A stretch of DNA of 64,000 nucleotides from positions 248,001 to 312,000 of the forward strand of contig JAXLNO010000350.1 of the NCBI GenBank assembly GCA_038087875.1, in the 5' to 3' direction. The notes beneath the pieces were generated by a model. It was not told the origin of the DNA. It did not search any database and was given only the letters and a program-made list of their open reading frames with translations. Below are positions 24,801 through 38,755 of the stretch, in pieces. This stretch comes from Malacoraja senta (Eukaryota). Positions within the stretch are counted from its first letter, which is position 1. Each line of letters starts with the position of its first letter. Position numbers and translations under genes: made by a program.

Positions 24801-26205
24801 CCTTTTTCAGACCCAAAACTTAATATTTTCCTTTTGTCCAGAGATTCTGTCTGACCTGTTGAATTACTCCAGCTTTTTGTGTCTATCTTCAGTTTAAACC
24901 AGCATCTGCAGTTCCTTCCTACACACACGATACTATACGATAGAACTTTATTAATCCCAGGAGGGAAATTGTGTGTGTGTGTATAGTTATATATTCATAT
25001 ATAATACACTGTTTTGTTTTCTCGTTTATAGCATTGTTTACAGAGTACTATGTTTACATAATCTGTTGTGCTGCTGCAAGTAAGGATTTCATTGTTCTAA
25101 CTGGGACGTGAGAGAATAAAACACTCTTGACTTACGTCGCTAATGTGTGGGATAGAACTAGAGTACGGGTGATCGATGGTCGGCGTGACTTGGTGGGGCC
25201 GAAGGGCCTGTTTCCACGCTGTATCTTTAAATTAAACTAAAAACACTAAAACCAGAGGAAATCTAAAGAAGGGTCTCTACCTGAAACGTCACCCAATTTC
25301 TTCTATCCAGAGATGCTGGCTGCTCCATGGAGTTCCCCCGCACAATTGAAGCATGGAATAGTCTTCATCCTACTATAGGTACCCAAACCATATGCAATTA
25401 CATTTAAGGTACCTCTTTTTTCCCCCCAAGAACCCTTTTTTTGCTTAAGTCCAAGTCAAGAGACAAGACAATTAAATTCTTGCTTGCTGCAGCACAACAG
25501 AATATGTAAACATAATACAGAACAGGAGATAAAAGTTCAGTGTGTCTATATACTATAGACCATATATATATATACACAATAAATAAACAGATAAAATGCA
25601 ATAGGCTATTATTTTTCAGTTTGGAGTTTGGTGGTGGTGGGTTCAGTCCTGTTTAAATTCCATTTTTGAATATTTTGGAGGACCAGGAAACCAAGAAGCA
25701 AGAGTTACTCCGGGGAGTTACTCCAGCTCCAGCGAGTGATTCTGCGTTGTTTTCAGCGGTCACGGCGAGTCGGCGACCGGACAGCAATGGCGGCCTAATC
25801 TCCCCACAATGCAAAGGGAGGGAGAAAGTGGCGGACGCCGCCGAGTTGCAGTGGCAGTGGCAGTGCGCATGGGCCGATAATGTGCTGGCCAAAGATCCTC
25901 GCTATAGGATCTTTGTTGCTGGCCGTGGTTGTGCGCATGTGGAGGGGGAAGATGTGCAGGCCGTGGCAGTGTGCATGTGTAAGGCGGCCTGCCGTGCGGC
26001 GGATGAGGAGAGAGCGGAGACCCGGCGGCCCGGACATGGATGGCAGGCGGAGACGGAGAGTGACAGAGAGAGAGAGATAGAGAGGGGGCCGCTCATAATT
26101 AAACGTTAGGTGTCCCGGGTGCGGGCGAAATGGCACGGCTTTTAGGTTGCCTGGCGGGACTGTAGGTTGCCATTGGCAACCGGGCAACCGCTAATTTGAG
26201 CCCTG

Positions 26206-27285
26206 GAGTTGGATTTGGACAAAGACAATCTGCCAATGGAAAGAGCATTGGGACTGCATTGTTGTGTTGAAACAGATATGTTCAAGTTCAGAACCTTGAT
26301 TCAAGAGCGACCATGTACTAGAAGGGGTATCCTGTCCATGATTGGTTCCGTTTATGACCCTTTGGGATTTCTTGCACCATTTACTCTGCCAGCCAAGTAG
26401 ATTTTGCAGGATCTTTGTAAGGAAAAACAGAATCTCTTTTGTATTGGGAGCTACTAATGTTTCACAATGGAAATATGTTAACACGAAGGAAAATCCTGCG
26501 GATGAAGCTTCTAGAGGACTAACAGCAGGCAGCTTCTTAATGAACAAGAGATGGATCAATGGACTGGAACTTCTCTGTAAGCCAGACAGAGAATGGCCAT
26601 AATTTGAGCTGGCATTTGAAATCTCTGCTAATGATCCGGAAATTAAACAAAACATCACAGTGAACGTTATTGCTAAAAATCCTATTATTCTCTCGAAGCA
26701 TTTTCACATTTCTTTTTATTTTTTTATTTTTTATTTATTAGAAGGACATTACATTACAACCACATACATTAGTACTCGTCACAAATATCTTCTTACAATT
26801 AATGTACTCCATTTGTTTTTTACACTATAAAGGGAAAGGATGAGATTGAGAGAAAGAAGAAAGTGAAGGTGAAAGTGTAAAAAACGTGACAACAAGAAAG
26901 AACGAAGACCCTATAAGAACAAAAATTAAAAACAAAAGAAAAAGAGTTAAGAAATAGACCCTAGAAAAGAAGAAGAAAGAGAAAGATGGAAAAGAGAAAA
27001 ACAAATAGTTTTTGTAAGCATCCCGCAAATGGGATTTTCACATTCCAACATTATCGTTACAACATATCCATGAATTGATCGGACATGGAAGAAGAAGTTT
27101 CATGCTGACAAAACTTTGGACTTTTGAGTTTTGGACTAGATACTGGAGATCATGCCTGCTGACGTTAAGGGTTTGGTGCGTACAGTACGACTTCAGACTA
27201 AGAATAATGTTTTAATAAGACCAATAACCAAGTTATGCTTGCTTCTAGAAAGCGAAGGTGAAGATGGAAGAATCGCTGAAGAAAT
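26206..27285 (+). mobile_element. BEL/Pao LTR retrotransposon pol fragment (unit 2)
   Basis: TRRGILSMIGSVYDPLGFLAP and WKYVNTKENPADEASRG motifs. Confidence 0.8.
26711..27030 (-). mobile_element. 5'-truncated L1 3' UTR insertion
   Basis: Reverse complement of ~53370-53640 including the A-rich tail. ATTTTCACATT is duplicated on both sides; empty site at ~62178. Confidence 0.85.
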
Positions 27286-29129
27286 CTGGATGCGCATCTA
27301 TAATTCATGAGATTTTTTGTTTTTTATATATGTTAAGCTTTTATAGCTCCTTTTTAAAATGTCTATGAGTAATTGCCTCGTTGTATACTCAGAACAATTA
27401 GGGTCGGTATGTAGTAGCCATTTAGCTTAACTCAGTATGTTATAACTACAACCAGTTGCCTTTCAATTTTATCTGCCTGTAATTACATGGGTGGGGTTTA
27501 TACGTAGTCTGATGCGTGTTTGTGGCTGGGATTAAAAACATAGAAACATAGAAAATAGGTGCAGGAGGAGGCCATTCGGCCCTTCGAGCCAGCACCTCCA
27601 TTCATTGTGATAATGGCTGATCATCCCCAATCAATAACCCGTGCCTGCCTTCTCCACATATCCCTTCATTCCACTAGCTCCGAGAGCTCTATCTAACTCT
27701 CTTTAAATCCATCCAGTGATTTGGCCTCCACTACCATCTGTGGCAGGGAATACCACAAATTCACAACTCTCTGGGTGAAAACGTTTTTTCTCGCCTCAGT
27801 CTTAAATGGCCTCCCCTTTATTCTAAGACTGTGCCCCCTGGTTCTGGACTCACCCAACATTGGGAACATTTTCCTGCATCTAGCTTGTCCAGTCCTTTTA
27901 TAATTTAATATGTTTCTATAAGATATCCCCTCATCCTTCTAAACTCCAGTGAATACAAGCCTAGTCTTTTCAATCTTTCCTCATATGACAGTCCCGCCAT
28001 CCCAGGGATCAATCTCGTGAACCTACGCTGCAATGCCTCAATCACAAGGATATCCTTCTGTAATTAGGAGACCAAAACTATACATAATACTCCAGATGTG
28101 GTCTTACCAGAGCCCTTTACAACTGCAGAAGAACCTCTCTACTCCTATACTGAAATCCTCTTGTTATGAAGGCCAACATTCCATTAGCTTTCTTCACTGC
28201 CTGCTGTACCTGAACGCCAAATTTCAGTGACTGTGTACAAGGACACCATGGTCTCACTGTATCTCCCCATTACCTAACCTAACCACATTGAGATAATAAT
28301 CTGCCCCCTTGTTTTTGCCGCCAAAGTGGATAACCTCACATTTATCTATCTTATACTGCATCTGTATACAGTAGACAATAGGTGCTGGAGTAGGCCATTC
28401 GACCCTTCGAGCCAGCACCACAATTCACTGTGATCATGGCTGATCATCCACAATCAGTACCCCGTTCCTGCCTTCTCCACATATCCCATGACTCCGCTAT
28501 CTTTAAGAGCTCTATCTAACTCTCTCTTGGAAGCATCCAGAGAATCGGCCTCCACTGCTTTGAGGCAGAGAATTCCTCAGATTCACAACTGTCTGGGTAA
28601 AAAATGGCGATTAACTAAAACTACCTACGACTACCCATAACTACATGGCGACCCCACTACAATTCCACCTACGACGACAGGATTATCGATTTTCTCCATG
28701 GCAACCAATTTTTGGGTCGCAGAAAGTTTGCGCCGAGCATACTGAGGCCGCGACTGGCTCCCAGAATGCGGAACTCCTCGCGACCATGAAGGAGACTCAC
28801 CAGAGACCACTAGCGAACATGTGGTGATCATGTGGCGAGCGCAGAGTCTCCTGCACGCGCCTAAAAAGTCACCTAAGTGCGATAGGCCCTTGAAAACCGG
28901 GTGCAACCAGCTAAGAAGACTTACCTTGAAGTTTGGGAGTGGCAGGAGTTCAATTCAAATTCAATTCACAAATTGGTTAATTGACAAATTGGGCAATTTA
29001 TCAGCCAATATAAGCAAGGTTTGCCGTCGGGAAGCAGTGAGCTCCTTATGAGAAAAGTGCGAGTCTTTGGCTCAAAAAGAGCGAGCCTTTGGCTCAAGAG
29101 TCTTTGGCGAGGAGGCTGAGGAGAGGAGA

Positions 29130-30918
29130 CTAGACCTAGTGGGACCCGTTGGGTCCTGTCCCCAACGCGGGGGGGGGGTGGGGGATGTGGCATCACACTG
29201 AGGAGGGAGCACTGCGCTGTAGGATGGAAGGAGGGGCAATGAGGAGGGAGCACAGCGCTGAGGGAGGGAGGGGCGGTGAGGAGAATGAGAGAGGGAGATG
29301 GGAGAGGGATGGGGATGACAGGGAGAGTAAGAGGGGAAGTGGTAGAAAAAAAAGTGGGTTGAGGGGAGAAAAGAGGTGTATGAGAGATTGGGAAGAGTTG
29401 GGTTGGGTTGCATTGGGTTGGATTGAGTTGAGTTGGGTTGAGCTGAGTTGGGTTGATTTGAATTGCGTTGAGATGAGTTGGGTTGAGATGAGCTGGGTTG
29501 AGTTTGTTTGGGTTGAGTTGGGTTGAGTTTGTTTGAGTTGGGTTGATTTGTGTTGGGTTGGGTTGGCTTGAGTCTGGAATTCTCTGCCAACAGACAAGAT
29601 GAGAGATTTAGAGGTATAAGACAAAGTGCAGACCCGTTGGGTCCCAGTCACACGGGAGGCCTGGTCTCCCAACACAACCCGTTCCCCAATGCAACATTCC
29701 ACCACTCACCCGTTCCCCCAATGCAACATTCCACCACTCACCCATAACCCCTAACAGCGCAGGCACGGCTCATTTCCCTTCATCTGTGGGGGGGGGGAAA
29801 GTGGTGGGGGGAGGGGAGGAGGGATGTGTGTGGACGGGGTGGTGTAGGAGGGAGGAGGGTGGTGTTGGAGGAGGGGGGAGTGTGGGGGATGGGGTGGGGG
29901 GGAGGTGTGTATGTAGGCGGGAGGGGGTGGAGGGATGTTCGAAGGGGGTGTGCGGTCGGAGGGGTTAAGGGGGGGATGGGATGTGTGGGTGCAGTGGGGG
30001 TTGTGAGGTGGAGAGGGGTTGTAGTTGCGGGGGGGTTGTGGGGGCTTGGAGAGTTTGTGGGGGAGAGGGGATTGTGAGGGAGGGGGTGTGGGGTGCGTGT
30101 GTGTGAGCAGGGGGGGTGTCGGCGGGGGGCTTGTATGGGGAGGGGTGTTGTGTGGAGGGAGAGGGGTGTGGGCGCGGTGGGGGATGTTTGTGGGGGGAGA
30201 GGGGTATGTGGGCGGGGGGGGGAGTGAGCTCGGAGAAAAGACGGGGAAGACCCATGGGGGAGAGGGGGCATCATGGGGGAGGGGGAGATGCCAGTGAGGG
30301 GGACCAGAGGGGCTGGAATTGGCGGTGCGATGGGGAATCACAGCGGGCGCTGGTCATTCTCCTCTGCTGGGATCAGAGTCTCCGCTTTCCATTGGTGACA
30401 TCGGCATCATCTCCGACTCCGTGCTCGGCTGGGTCTCCGACGCTGGGCTGCTTGGGGCGGGGCTGCTCATTGCTGGACTGGGCTGCCCGTTGTTGGGCTG
30501 CTCTGCTTGTTGCGGGGCTGCTCAGGGCTAGGCTGCCACGGGTCGCTCCGAAAGTCCGGTTGGAAACCTCCGCCGGCCATCCGCAGCTCCAGTAAAGACG
30601 CGATGGCGCAGGAAGGGGCGGACCGTCCCGGGGGAGTGATGGGGAAGGGACTAATCCGCGCGGCGCTGACTGGCAGGAGAAGAGATCAATCTGCACACGC
30701 GCGGTGTTTAAGATCTTTAAACTTCGCTAACTTTTAGGACATTCAACAGATTGGAACAAAACTTGGTGCAATCGCAGCACAGGAGAACGGTGAGTGAACT
30801 GGCGAAAAATCGTAGTGCTATAGCGAACCGTTTTTGCGCAAATAGAATGACCGCTAAACCGGAAGATAACAAGATCAGAGTTTTAGTTATGTACAGATAG
30901 ATAGATATATGATAGATA
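29130..30918 (-). mobile_element. Non-autonomous Helitron (paralog of 12541-14480)
   Basis: Same termini; CTAG at 29130-29133. Confidence 0.8.
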
Positions 30919-31674
30919 GTTTAGCAGAATGACGTGGACCTCATTGAAACTTACTGAATAGTTAAAGGCTTGGATAGAGTGGATGTGGAGAGGATGTTTC
31001 CACTAGTGGGAGAGTCTAGGACCAGAGGTCACAGCCTCAGAATTAAAGGACGTTCCTTTAGGAAGGAGATGAGGAGGAATTTCATTAGCAAGAGGGTGGT
31101 GAATCTGTGGGATTCGTGGGTGGAGAGGACTCGATGGGCCGAATGGCCTGATTCTGCTCCTAGAACTTACAGAAGGAAGTGTCTTGTGTTTCAGGTCCTG
31201 TGTTCATCTACAATCCATCGAGTGTTTAACATGGGACTTATAAACGCTCTGGTTTCTCCCGAGGGGAGGAAACTCGAATCCCGGGTTTCATCTCAACTAC
31301 GACGCTCCCCTTTCCGAAGCAGGAAGAGGGGGAGACAGGGATCGATCCGGGATTTCCCAGCTAGAAAGCGGAAAAGAATCCCATCTGTCTGAGGAGGTTT
31401 CTCAATCTATCTCTGAGATATGATGAGAGGGAGAGAGAAAGAGGAGATGGGAGGGGAAGAGAGGGGAAGGAAGGAGGAGGGGAGTGGAGAGGGGAGGGGG
31501 AGGAGAGAAGGAGGGGGAGAGGGGTTAACGTTTAGGTTATTATTGTCACATGACAGTGAAAAGTTTGTTCTGCTTGTAAACAGATTAGATAATACAGTAG
31601 ATAAACTATGACCCCCTCCCCTACACCCCCTCTCCCCATCTCTGTGACCCCCACCCCTCTGGTCCCTAATAAAG

Positions 31675-32440
31675 TAACGTATCCTTTATTGTCATTCAGA
31701 CTTTTCAGTCTGAATGAAATTTCGTGCCTTGCAGTCATAACATAGAATAAATAACAAACAAAAAACAATAAACACAGATTTAACATCCACCACAGCGAGT
31801 CCACCAGGTCCTCCTCACTGTCATGGAAGGCAAAAGTCTTAAGTCCTTTTCTCTTCCCTCCTTGTTCTCCCTCTGCGTTGAGGCGATCCAGGCTTCCGAT
31901 GTTGAGACCCCGCCGGGTGATGGTAAGTCCCGCGGCTGAATCCGAGCTCCGCGAACGGGCCGGTTCAAACTCCCGCGGCCCGGGGCGGTCGAAGCTGCCA
32001 CCCTCCAGTCCAGTGGACGAAGCTGTTGTTGCGGGAACTCCGGAGAACAGGTCACCAACCTGGGACCTGCGAGCTCCCGACGATGTTGCCACTGGGCCCG
32101 CGGCCGAGGCTCCGAAGTCGGGCCGCCGCCACCACAGCCCCGAAGTCGGCGAGCCTCGTGTTGGAAAGTCCTGGCTCTGCCTCCGGAGCCTCGAGGTCGA
32201 TCCCAGTTGGAGGCCGACAGCTCCGCCATTAGGTCTCAGCGCAGATGGAGACGGGGGATACGACAAGAAAAGGTTGCATCCCCCCGAACGAAGAGACAAA
32301 AAAACATGTTTCTCCCACCCCACCCCACACATACACAACCTAAATCAACTAAAACAGGACAAAAAGAAAACAAAAAAAAAGAAAAGACAAACGGACTGCA
32401 GGCGAGCCGCAGCTACAGGGCAGCGCCGCCACTTCCGACT
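31675..32440 (-). mobile_element. Non-coding GC-rich retro-insertion with a LINE-type 3' tail
   Basis: Minus-strand tail ...CTGAATGACAATAAAGGA is also seen at ~56775-56845. Absent from the paralog at ~15255. Confidence 0.5.
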
Positions 32441-34184
32441 ACCTATGCCTTATGAGAGAGGGGACGGGGAAGAATCATCTTTTAAGCCTTGTATATAAAA
32501 ATAAATAAACTTGTTTAAATCAAGCTGTATTCTCTGAACTTAATTTAAGGGGGTGTAGGGGCTGGATTGGAGGGGGTGGACAGACGGGGATAGGGAGGAG
32601 GGGGAGAGGGTTAAAGATTGCTTTAAGCTGTCAGACAGATTCTCCTCCTCCCTCTCTGCTCCCTCCATCCCGCCCCACTCCCTCCAAGCTCATCTATCAG
32701 AATGCTTCTCTTCAATTAGAGAGGGCTGCCTCGCTCAAGGTGGCCGCTGTCGCTAGGGGAACGGGGAGGTCGCCCTTACCAAAGATGGCCGACATTGGGC
32801 CACTCTCCCTCAGGCCGCTCGCCGTTGCCTCCCCCTTCCGTCTCGGACGGATGCCCAACATTGACCGCTTTGCCACATCCCATCTCCCGGTCGAGCTTGC
32901 ACCGCGAGGCCAAATCTAACCGGGAGATGGCCAACCTTCCAAAGATGGCCGCCGGGGTCAAGTTGACCAAATGTTAACTAATCTTTGATTTCTCTCTCCT
33001 TCCTCCTTCCCTCTCTCCAGCTATCCTTCAACGAGTAACGGGGAGATTGGAGGGAGGGAGTAACGGGGGCGGGGGTGGAGAGAGGGGAGACTTCCCCCTG
33101 CAAACTCCAGGGCCTGCAGGAGGCCCAGCTGGTGCAGAGGCTGCAGGCCAAGGTTGGCCCAGGATGCAGGCTGCTCGAGGCCCACGTCAAGAGAGGAGAG
33201 GAGAGGAGAAAGGGGGAGAGAGGTTAACGTTGAAGTTTATTATCGTCACGTGTATCGAGGTACAGTCAAAAGCTTTGTTCTGCATTCAAACAGATTAGAT
33301 AATACAATAGATAAACTGACCCCCTCCCCTCCGGCCCCTACACCCCCTCTCCCCATCTCTGTGAGAGGGTTAATGTTCACACACCTACACCCCCCTTATG
33401 AGAGGGGGGGGGGGTAAGTGGGGGAACCATTTTTGAAGCCTTGTATATAATAATGAATCAAATAGTTTAAATGACATGGCCGTCCGAAGGGGGGGGGGGG
33501 GGGTGCGTTGGGTGCGACCGCATCCCCCTTTTCTTCCCCAGAGTAAGAAAAAATCCCCAGAATTTTTTTTTTTTAATCGGAACGCGATCAGCCTTTGCAC
33601 TTTGTCTGAAATCGCCCGAAATTCTGGTTCCAGCCGCTGGATGATTCAGAAAAATGCGCCCATCCGCTCCTGCGCAGTTGGGGAAGCGACGCAAAATGAC
33701 GCCGTCTCTCCGCGCGTGCGCAGTGGGCCCGGGCGGGATCAGACTGCAATTTGTGCTTCACACATTGAGCTCGATGTGAGAGGGGGGAGAGGGAGGAGGA
33801 GAGAGAGAGGGGAAGGGAAGGGAAGGGAGGGAGAAATGGGGAGGGGAGAGGGAAAGGGGGATTATCTTTAATGAGTGTAAAATTGAGGTAGGTTTTAGAG
33901 CTATATTATATTTTTTCCTCATGAATAATATCAAATAATATGAAACAATTGGAACTGCTTTCTTTGCCTTGATAACAATACTGAAAAATAAGAATTTCAA
34001 AGTTTGTGACTCTTTTTGCAGCATATTTTTAATATAATTTGAATTTAAAAAACATCTGCATGTTTTCAGGTTCATCATGGATCTGTCCGCAGTAATGCAG
34101 CAAGTCCGTTGATGATGTTGCTTCTGAGGATGGTGCAAATATGCGTCAAGCCGATAGCCTAATCGTTAAAGAGTTAAAAGATAG

Positions 34185-35262
34185 CCTAATCAATAAAGAG
34201 CTGAGAAGAGGAATCAGAGCTGCCAAGGAAAGGTACTCTGAGAAGTTGAGGAGCAAGTTTTCAGCTTGTGACTTCTTCAGTTTGAAAGGGCATGCAAGAA
34301 ATCACCAGCTATAAGAGGACCCCCCCCCCCCCCCCGCTCTTTGGACAATCGTCAGCTGACGAATGACCTAAATGAGTTTTACTGCAGGTTTGAAAATCAG
34401 AAACATAACCCTGGTACCCCCTCTCCAACAAACACAGCCAGACCCCAGTCTGCAAAGCATGGACCCTGCACCCTCTCCTTCCCATTTACCACTTCATACC
34501 TACTTAAGGCAAGGCTCCAGTATGAAAAGAGTGGACCATCTCCCACCCAAACCAACACTTCACACCCACTAAGAGCCTGACCTCAGTCTGCAAAGACTGG
34601 GCCCTTCTACACCCACCCCACTCCAATCACCACTTCACATCAAATGACTCATTTTTAACCAGTCCCTGCAAAGATGTACTGTCCCTGCCTGCTTCATAGT
34701 CTCTACTATTGTCCCTGTACCCAAAAAGGCAAGGATTACTGGTCTTAATGACTACAGACTTGTCGCACTGACCTCTGTAGTCATGAAGACCCTTGAAAGG
34801 CTTGGTGCTGGCCAAGCTGAAAAATATCACAATCCCCCTGCTGGACCCTCTGCATTTTGCATATTGGGCCAACAGAGCTGTGGATGATGCAGTCAATCTG
34901 GGCCCGCACTTCATCCTCCAGCATCTAGACCGCCAGGGGACCTATGCGAGGATTTTGTTTGTTGAGTTTAGCTCTGCATTCAACACCATTGTGCCAGAGC
35001 TACTACGCTCCAAACTTTCTGAGTTGACTGTGCCTGAACCCCTCTGTCGGTGGATCACCAGCTTTCTGACAGACAGGAAGCAGCATGTGAGGCGGGAAAG
35101 CATATCTCGGATCCGCAAACGCTCAGCATAGGAGCACCGCAAGATGCGTACTCTCCCCTCTCCTCTACTCTCGCCACACCAATGACTGCACCTCCACAGA
35201 CACCTCTGTCAAGCTTCTCAAGTTTGCGGATGACAACTCTGATTGGACTGATCCAGGATGGG
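34185..35262 (+). mobile_element. Rex1/Babar-type LINE RT fragment
   Basis: [23 protein letters not shown] and RILFVEFSSAFNTIVP motifs, frameshifted. Confidence 0.8.
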
Positions 35263-35269
35263 GATCTCG

Positions 35270-37210
35270 GTACTCTTTTCAGTTTGACATATTTCCTATA
35301 ACATGGTGCCCAGAACTGAACACAATATTCTAAATGCGGTCTCACCAAGGTCTTATACAACTGCAACATGACCTCCCAACTTCTATACTTAATACTCTGA
35401 CTGAGGAAGGCCAAAGTGCCAAAATACTTTTTGACCACCTGATATACCTGCGACTCGACCTTCAAGGAACCATGCAACCATCAACCATTCCTCTACCCAC
35501 CTGGCTAATTGATCCAGATCCTGCTGCAATCTTTCACAACCATCTTCACTATTTGCAAATCCACTCACTTCTGTATCATCAGCAAACTTGCTAATCTTGC
35601 CCTGTTCTGTGACGTTTCACAGAGTGCTGGAGTAACTCAGCGGGTCAGGCTGAGTATAGAAGTTGGGAAGTCATGTTGCAGTTGCATAAGAAGTTGGTGA
35701 GGCCGCATTCAGAGTATTGTATTCAGTTCTGGGCACCATGTTATAGGAAAGATGTCATCAAACTGGAAAGGGTACAGTGAAGATTTACGAGGATGTTGCC
35801 AGGACTGGAGGGCCAGCGCTAGAGGGAGAGGTTGAGTAGGCTGGGACACTATTTCATGGAGCACAGGAGGATGAGGGATGATCTAATAGAGGTGTATAAA
35901 ATCATGATTTGAATAGATATGGTTGAGTCTTTTGCCCAGAGTAGGTGAATCGAGGAGCAGAGGACATAAGTTTAAGGTGAAGGGCAAAAGATTTAATAGG
36001 AATCTGAGGGGTATATTTTTCACACAAAGGATGGTCGGTATATGGAACAAGCTGCCAGAGGAAGTAGTTGATGCAGGGACTATCGCAAAATGTAAGAAAC
36101 AGTTAGACAGGTACATGGACAGGACAGGTTCGGAGGGATATGGATCAAACGTGGGCAGGTGGGACTAGTGTAGATGGGACATGCTGGGCCGAAGGGCCTG
36201 TTTCCACACTGTATCACTATGACTCTTATCTATCTTTCCCTCTGAAACCCATTCTCCTGCCTTCTCCCCCATTACCTCTGACACCCGTATCAATCAAGAA
36301 TCTATCAATCTCCTCCTGAAAAATGTCCATTGACTTAACCTCCACAGCTGTCTGTGGCAATGAATTCTACAGTTCACCACCCTCTGACTTAAGACATTCC
36401 TGCTCATCTCCTTCCTAAAGGAATGTATTTTAATTCTGAGGCTGTGGCCACTGGTCCTAGACTCTCCCACTAGTGGAAACATCCTCTCCACATCCACTCC
36501 ATCCAGTTTTTACCAGGCTGGGACAGGCGGCAACAGCTTCACACCGTGTCCCAAAGCAGCAGAGACGTTATAGGAAAGGGCAAGCACCGTAACAAAGTAG
36601 CTCACGATGGTTTGGGTAACATTCAGGAATGTCTATGCATGTCACATCATGAATATTACTGAAGAAGGGTCTTGACTCGAAATATAATCTATACCTTTTC
36701 TCCAGAAATGCTGCCTGACCCCTGAGTTACTCCAGCACTCTGAGAAACGTCGTTTATTTCATATTCTCCGCAGATGCTGCCTGACCCACTGAGTTACTCC
36801 AGCACCTTGTGTCTATTTTCCCTTCACCCATCTGCCCAAGCCCACTCTCCCCCCTCCTTTCCTATGTTCCTTTCCACCCATAAACCTTTCTCTGCCTTTA
36901 CATTTCACTCCTCTTTCAAATCTGCTCTACTTATCTACATGCATTTTTCTTCTTAACTTTTAGTCATAGAATGATGCAGTGTGGAAACAGGCCCTTAGGC
37001 CCAACTTGCCCACACCGACCAACATGTCCCATGTAAACTAGTCCCACTCACACGCGTTTGGCCCATATCCACCTAAACCTGTCCTATCCATGTACGTGTC
37101 CAAATGTCTCTTAAACAGTAGGATAGTCCCTGCCTTAACTACCTCCTCTGGCAGCTTGTTCCATACATCCACCACCCTTTGTGTGAAAAAGCTACCTATC
37201 AGATTCCCGT
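35270..37210. mobile_element. Cluster of CR1 3' fragments in both orientations
   Basis: VRPHLEYCVQFW and FFTQRVV..WNKLP motifs on both strands. Confidence 0.8.
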
Positions 37211-37544
37211 TAATTTTTGAAATATTGGTCATATATTTGATGCAAAAATGCTCCAAAATAAGGCTCAGAATGCATCCGAGAGCATCTAAAACCCCTGAGC
37301 TTCCAGGGCCCGATTAAGGGACCACGGCATCGAGGGACTTCATGTTCGCGCTCGTGATGTGCGCAGCACGCACATTATTTCACATAAAAAATGTTGTGAT
37401 CCTGTCATGCCACCCCCCTTTTTGAAAAGCTTCGTACGGGCCTGAATGAAGATGCATTGAGTGAGTTGAATGGAAGGGGGTGGATGATATTTGGTTTGCA
37501 GCCTCTGCTGTCATTGTTTCCCCCCCCCTCTCTCCCCTCCCCCC

Positions 37545-37756
37545 TCATCAAGATGGCCGCCGTCAACCCTCACCAATCAGCGGGGCCGACCTCACCAAGA
37601 TGGCCGCCGTCAACCCCTCACCAATCAGCGGCGCCGACCTCACCTGCCCTCACCAAGATGACCGCCCGGGCCCCGCCTCCCCATCGACCGCATCAAGATG
37701 GCGGCGGAGAAGCGTCAGTTGGTGTCGTCGCTGCTGAGCGGCGGCCTAAGGTAAAT
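37545..37756 (+). promoter_or_regulatory. CpG-rich promoter/first exon with splice donor (probably for ZNF copy 3)
   Basis: Paralog of 15365-15582 with the same motifs. Donor AAG|GTAAAT at 37751. Confidence 0.65.
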
Positions 37757-38237
37757 AATGTTATAAATCAGCCGGGGATTGAGCGGGATCGGGTCAATAT
37801 GGGGGAGAAGTGAGGTAAATCACCACATAAAGTAACTACACTAACGTGTATCTATCTATCTATCTATCTATCTGTGGGGATACACAACTGGGGTCAAACT
37901 GGTTCTAAACCAGCCTCCCCCTCTTATTCACTGAGGGAAATAACCTGATAAATACATCAATAAATAAATACATCAATAAATACATCAGCAGCGGAATAAA
38001 TAAATAAATAAATAAACCCGGTAAATGTGGAGGAGAGAGAGAGAGAGAGAGAGAGAGAGCTGAGGTAAATCACCACATAAATAAACTACACGTCTGGGGC
38101 AAAACTGGGCTCAATTATATCAACTCACCGTCTGGAGCAGCGTCCTGAGATAAAACACCTTATAAACATCTATCTCCCTCTCTCTGGCTCCCCCCCTCTC
38201 TGTAAATAATCAATAAATCACCAAACTACACGTCTGG

Positions 38238-38755
38238 GGAATAAACCCGGTAAATCTGGTGGAGACCTGAGGTCAATAATGTTAGAAACACACAGGGAGT
38301 GAAATAAACCCGGTAAATCTGGGGTAAAACTGAGGTCAATAATGTTAGAAACCCACAGGGGAGTGAAATAAACCCAGTAAATCTGGGGTAAAACTGAGGT
38401 CAATAATGTTAGAAACCCACAGGGGAGTGAAATACACCCGGTAAATCTGGGGTAAAACTGAGGTCAATAATGTTAGAAACCCACAGGGGAGTGAAATAAA
38501 CCCAGTAAATCTGGGGTAAAACTGAGGTCAATAATGTTAGAAACCCACAGGGGAGTGAAATACACCCGGTAAATCTGGGGTAAAACTGAGGTCAATAATG
38601 TTAGAAACCCACAGGGGAGTGAAATAAACCCAGTAAATCTGGGGTAAAACTGAGGTCAATAATGTTAGAAACCCACAGGGGAGTGAAATACACCCGGTAA
38701 ATCGGGTAAAACTGAGTAAATAATGTTAGAAACCCACAGGGGAGTGAAATAAATC
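38238..38755 (+). repeat. 64-bp minisatellite, ~8 copies
   Basis: Same unit as 16040-16495, with alternating variants (TAAACCCAG / TACACCCGG). Confidence 0.95.

Noticed and set aside
31878..32498. 206-aa and 268-aa ORFs in the GC-rich block
   Set aside because: No recognisable domain. They lie in an insertion absent from the paralog, and open frames are expected at this GC content.
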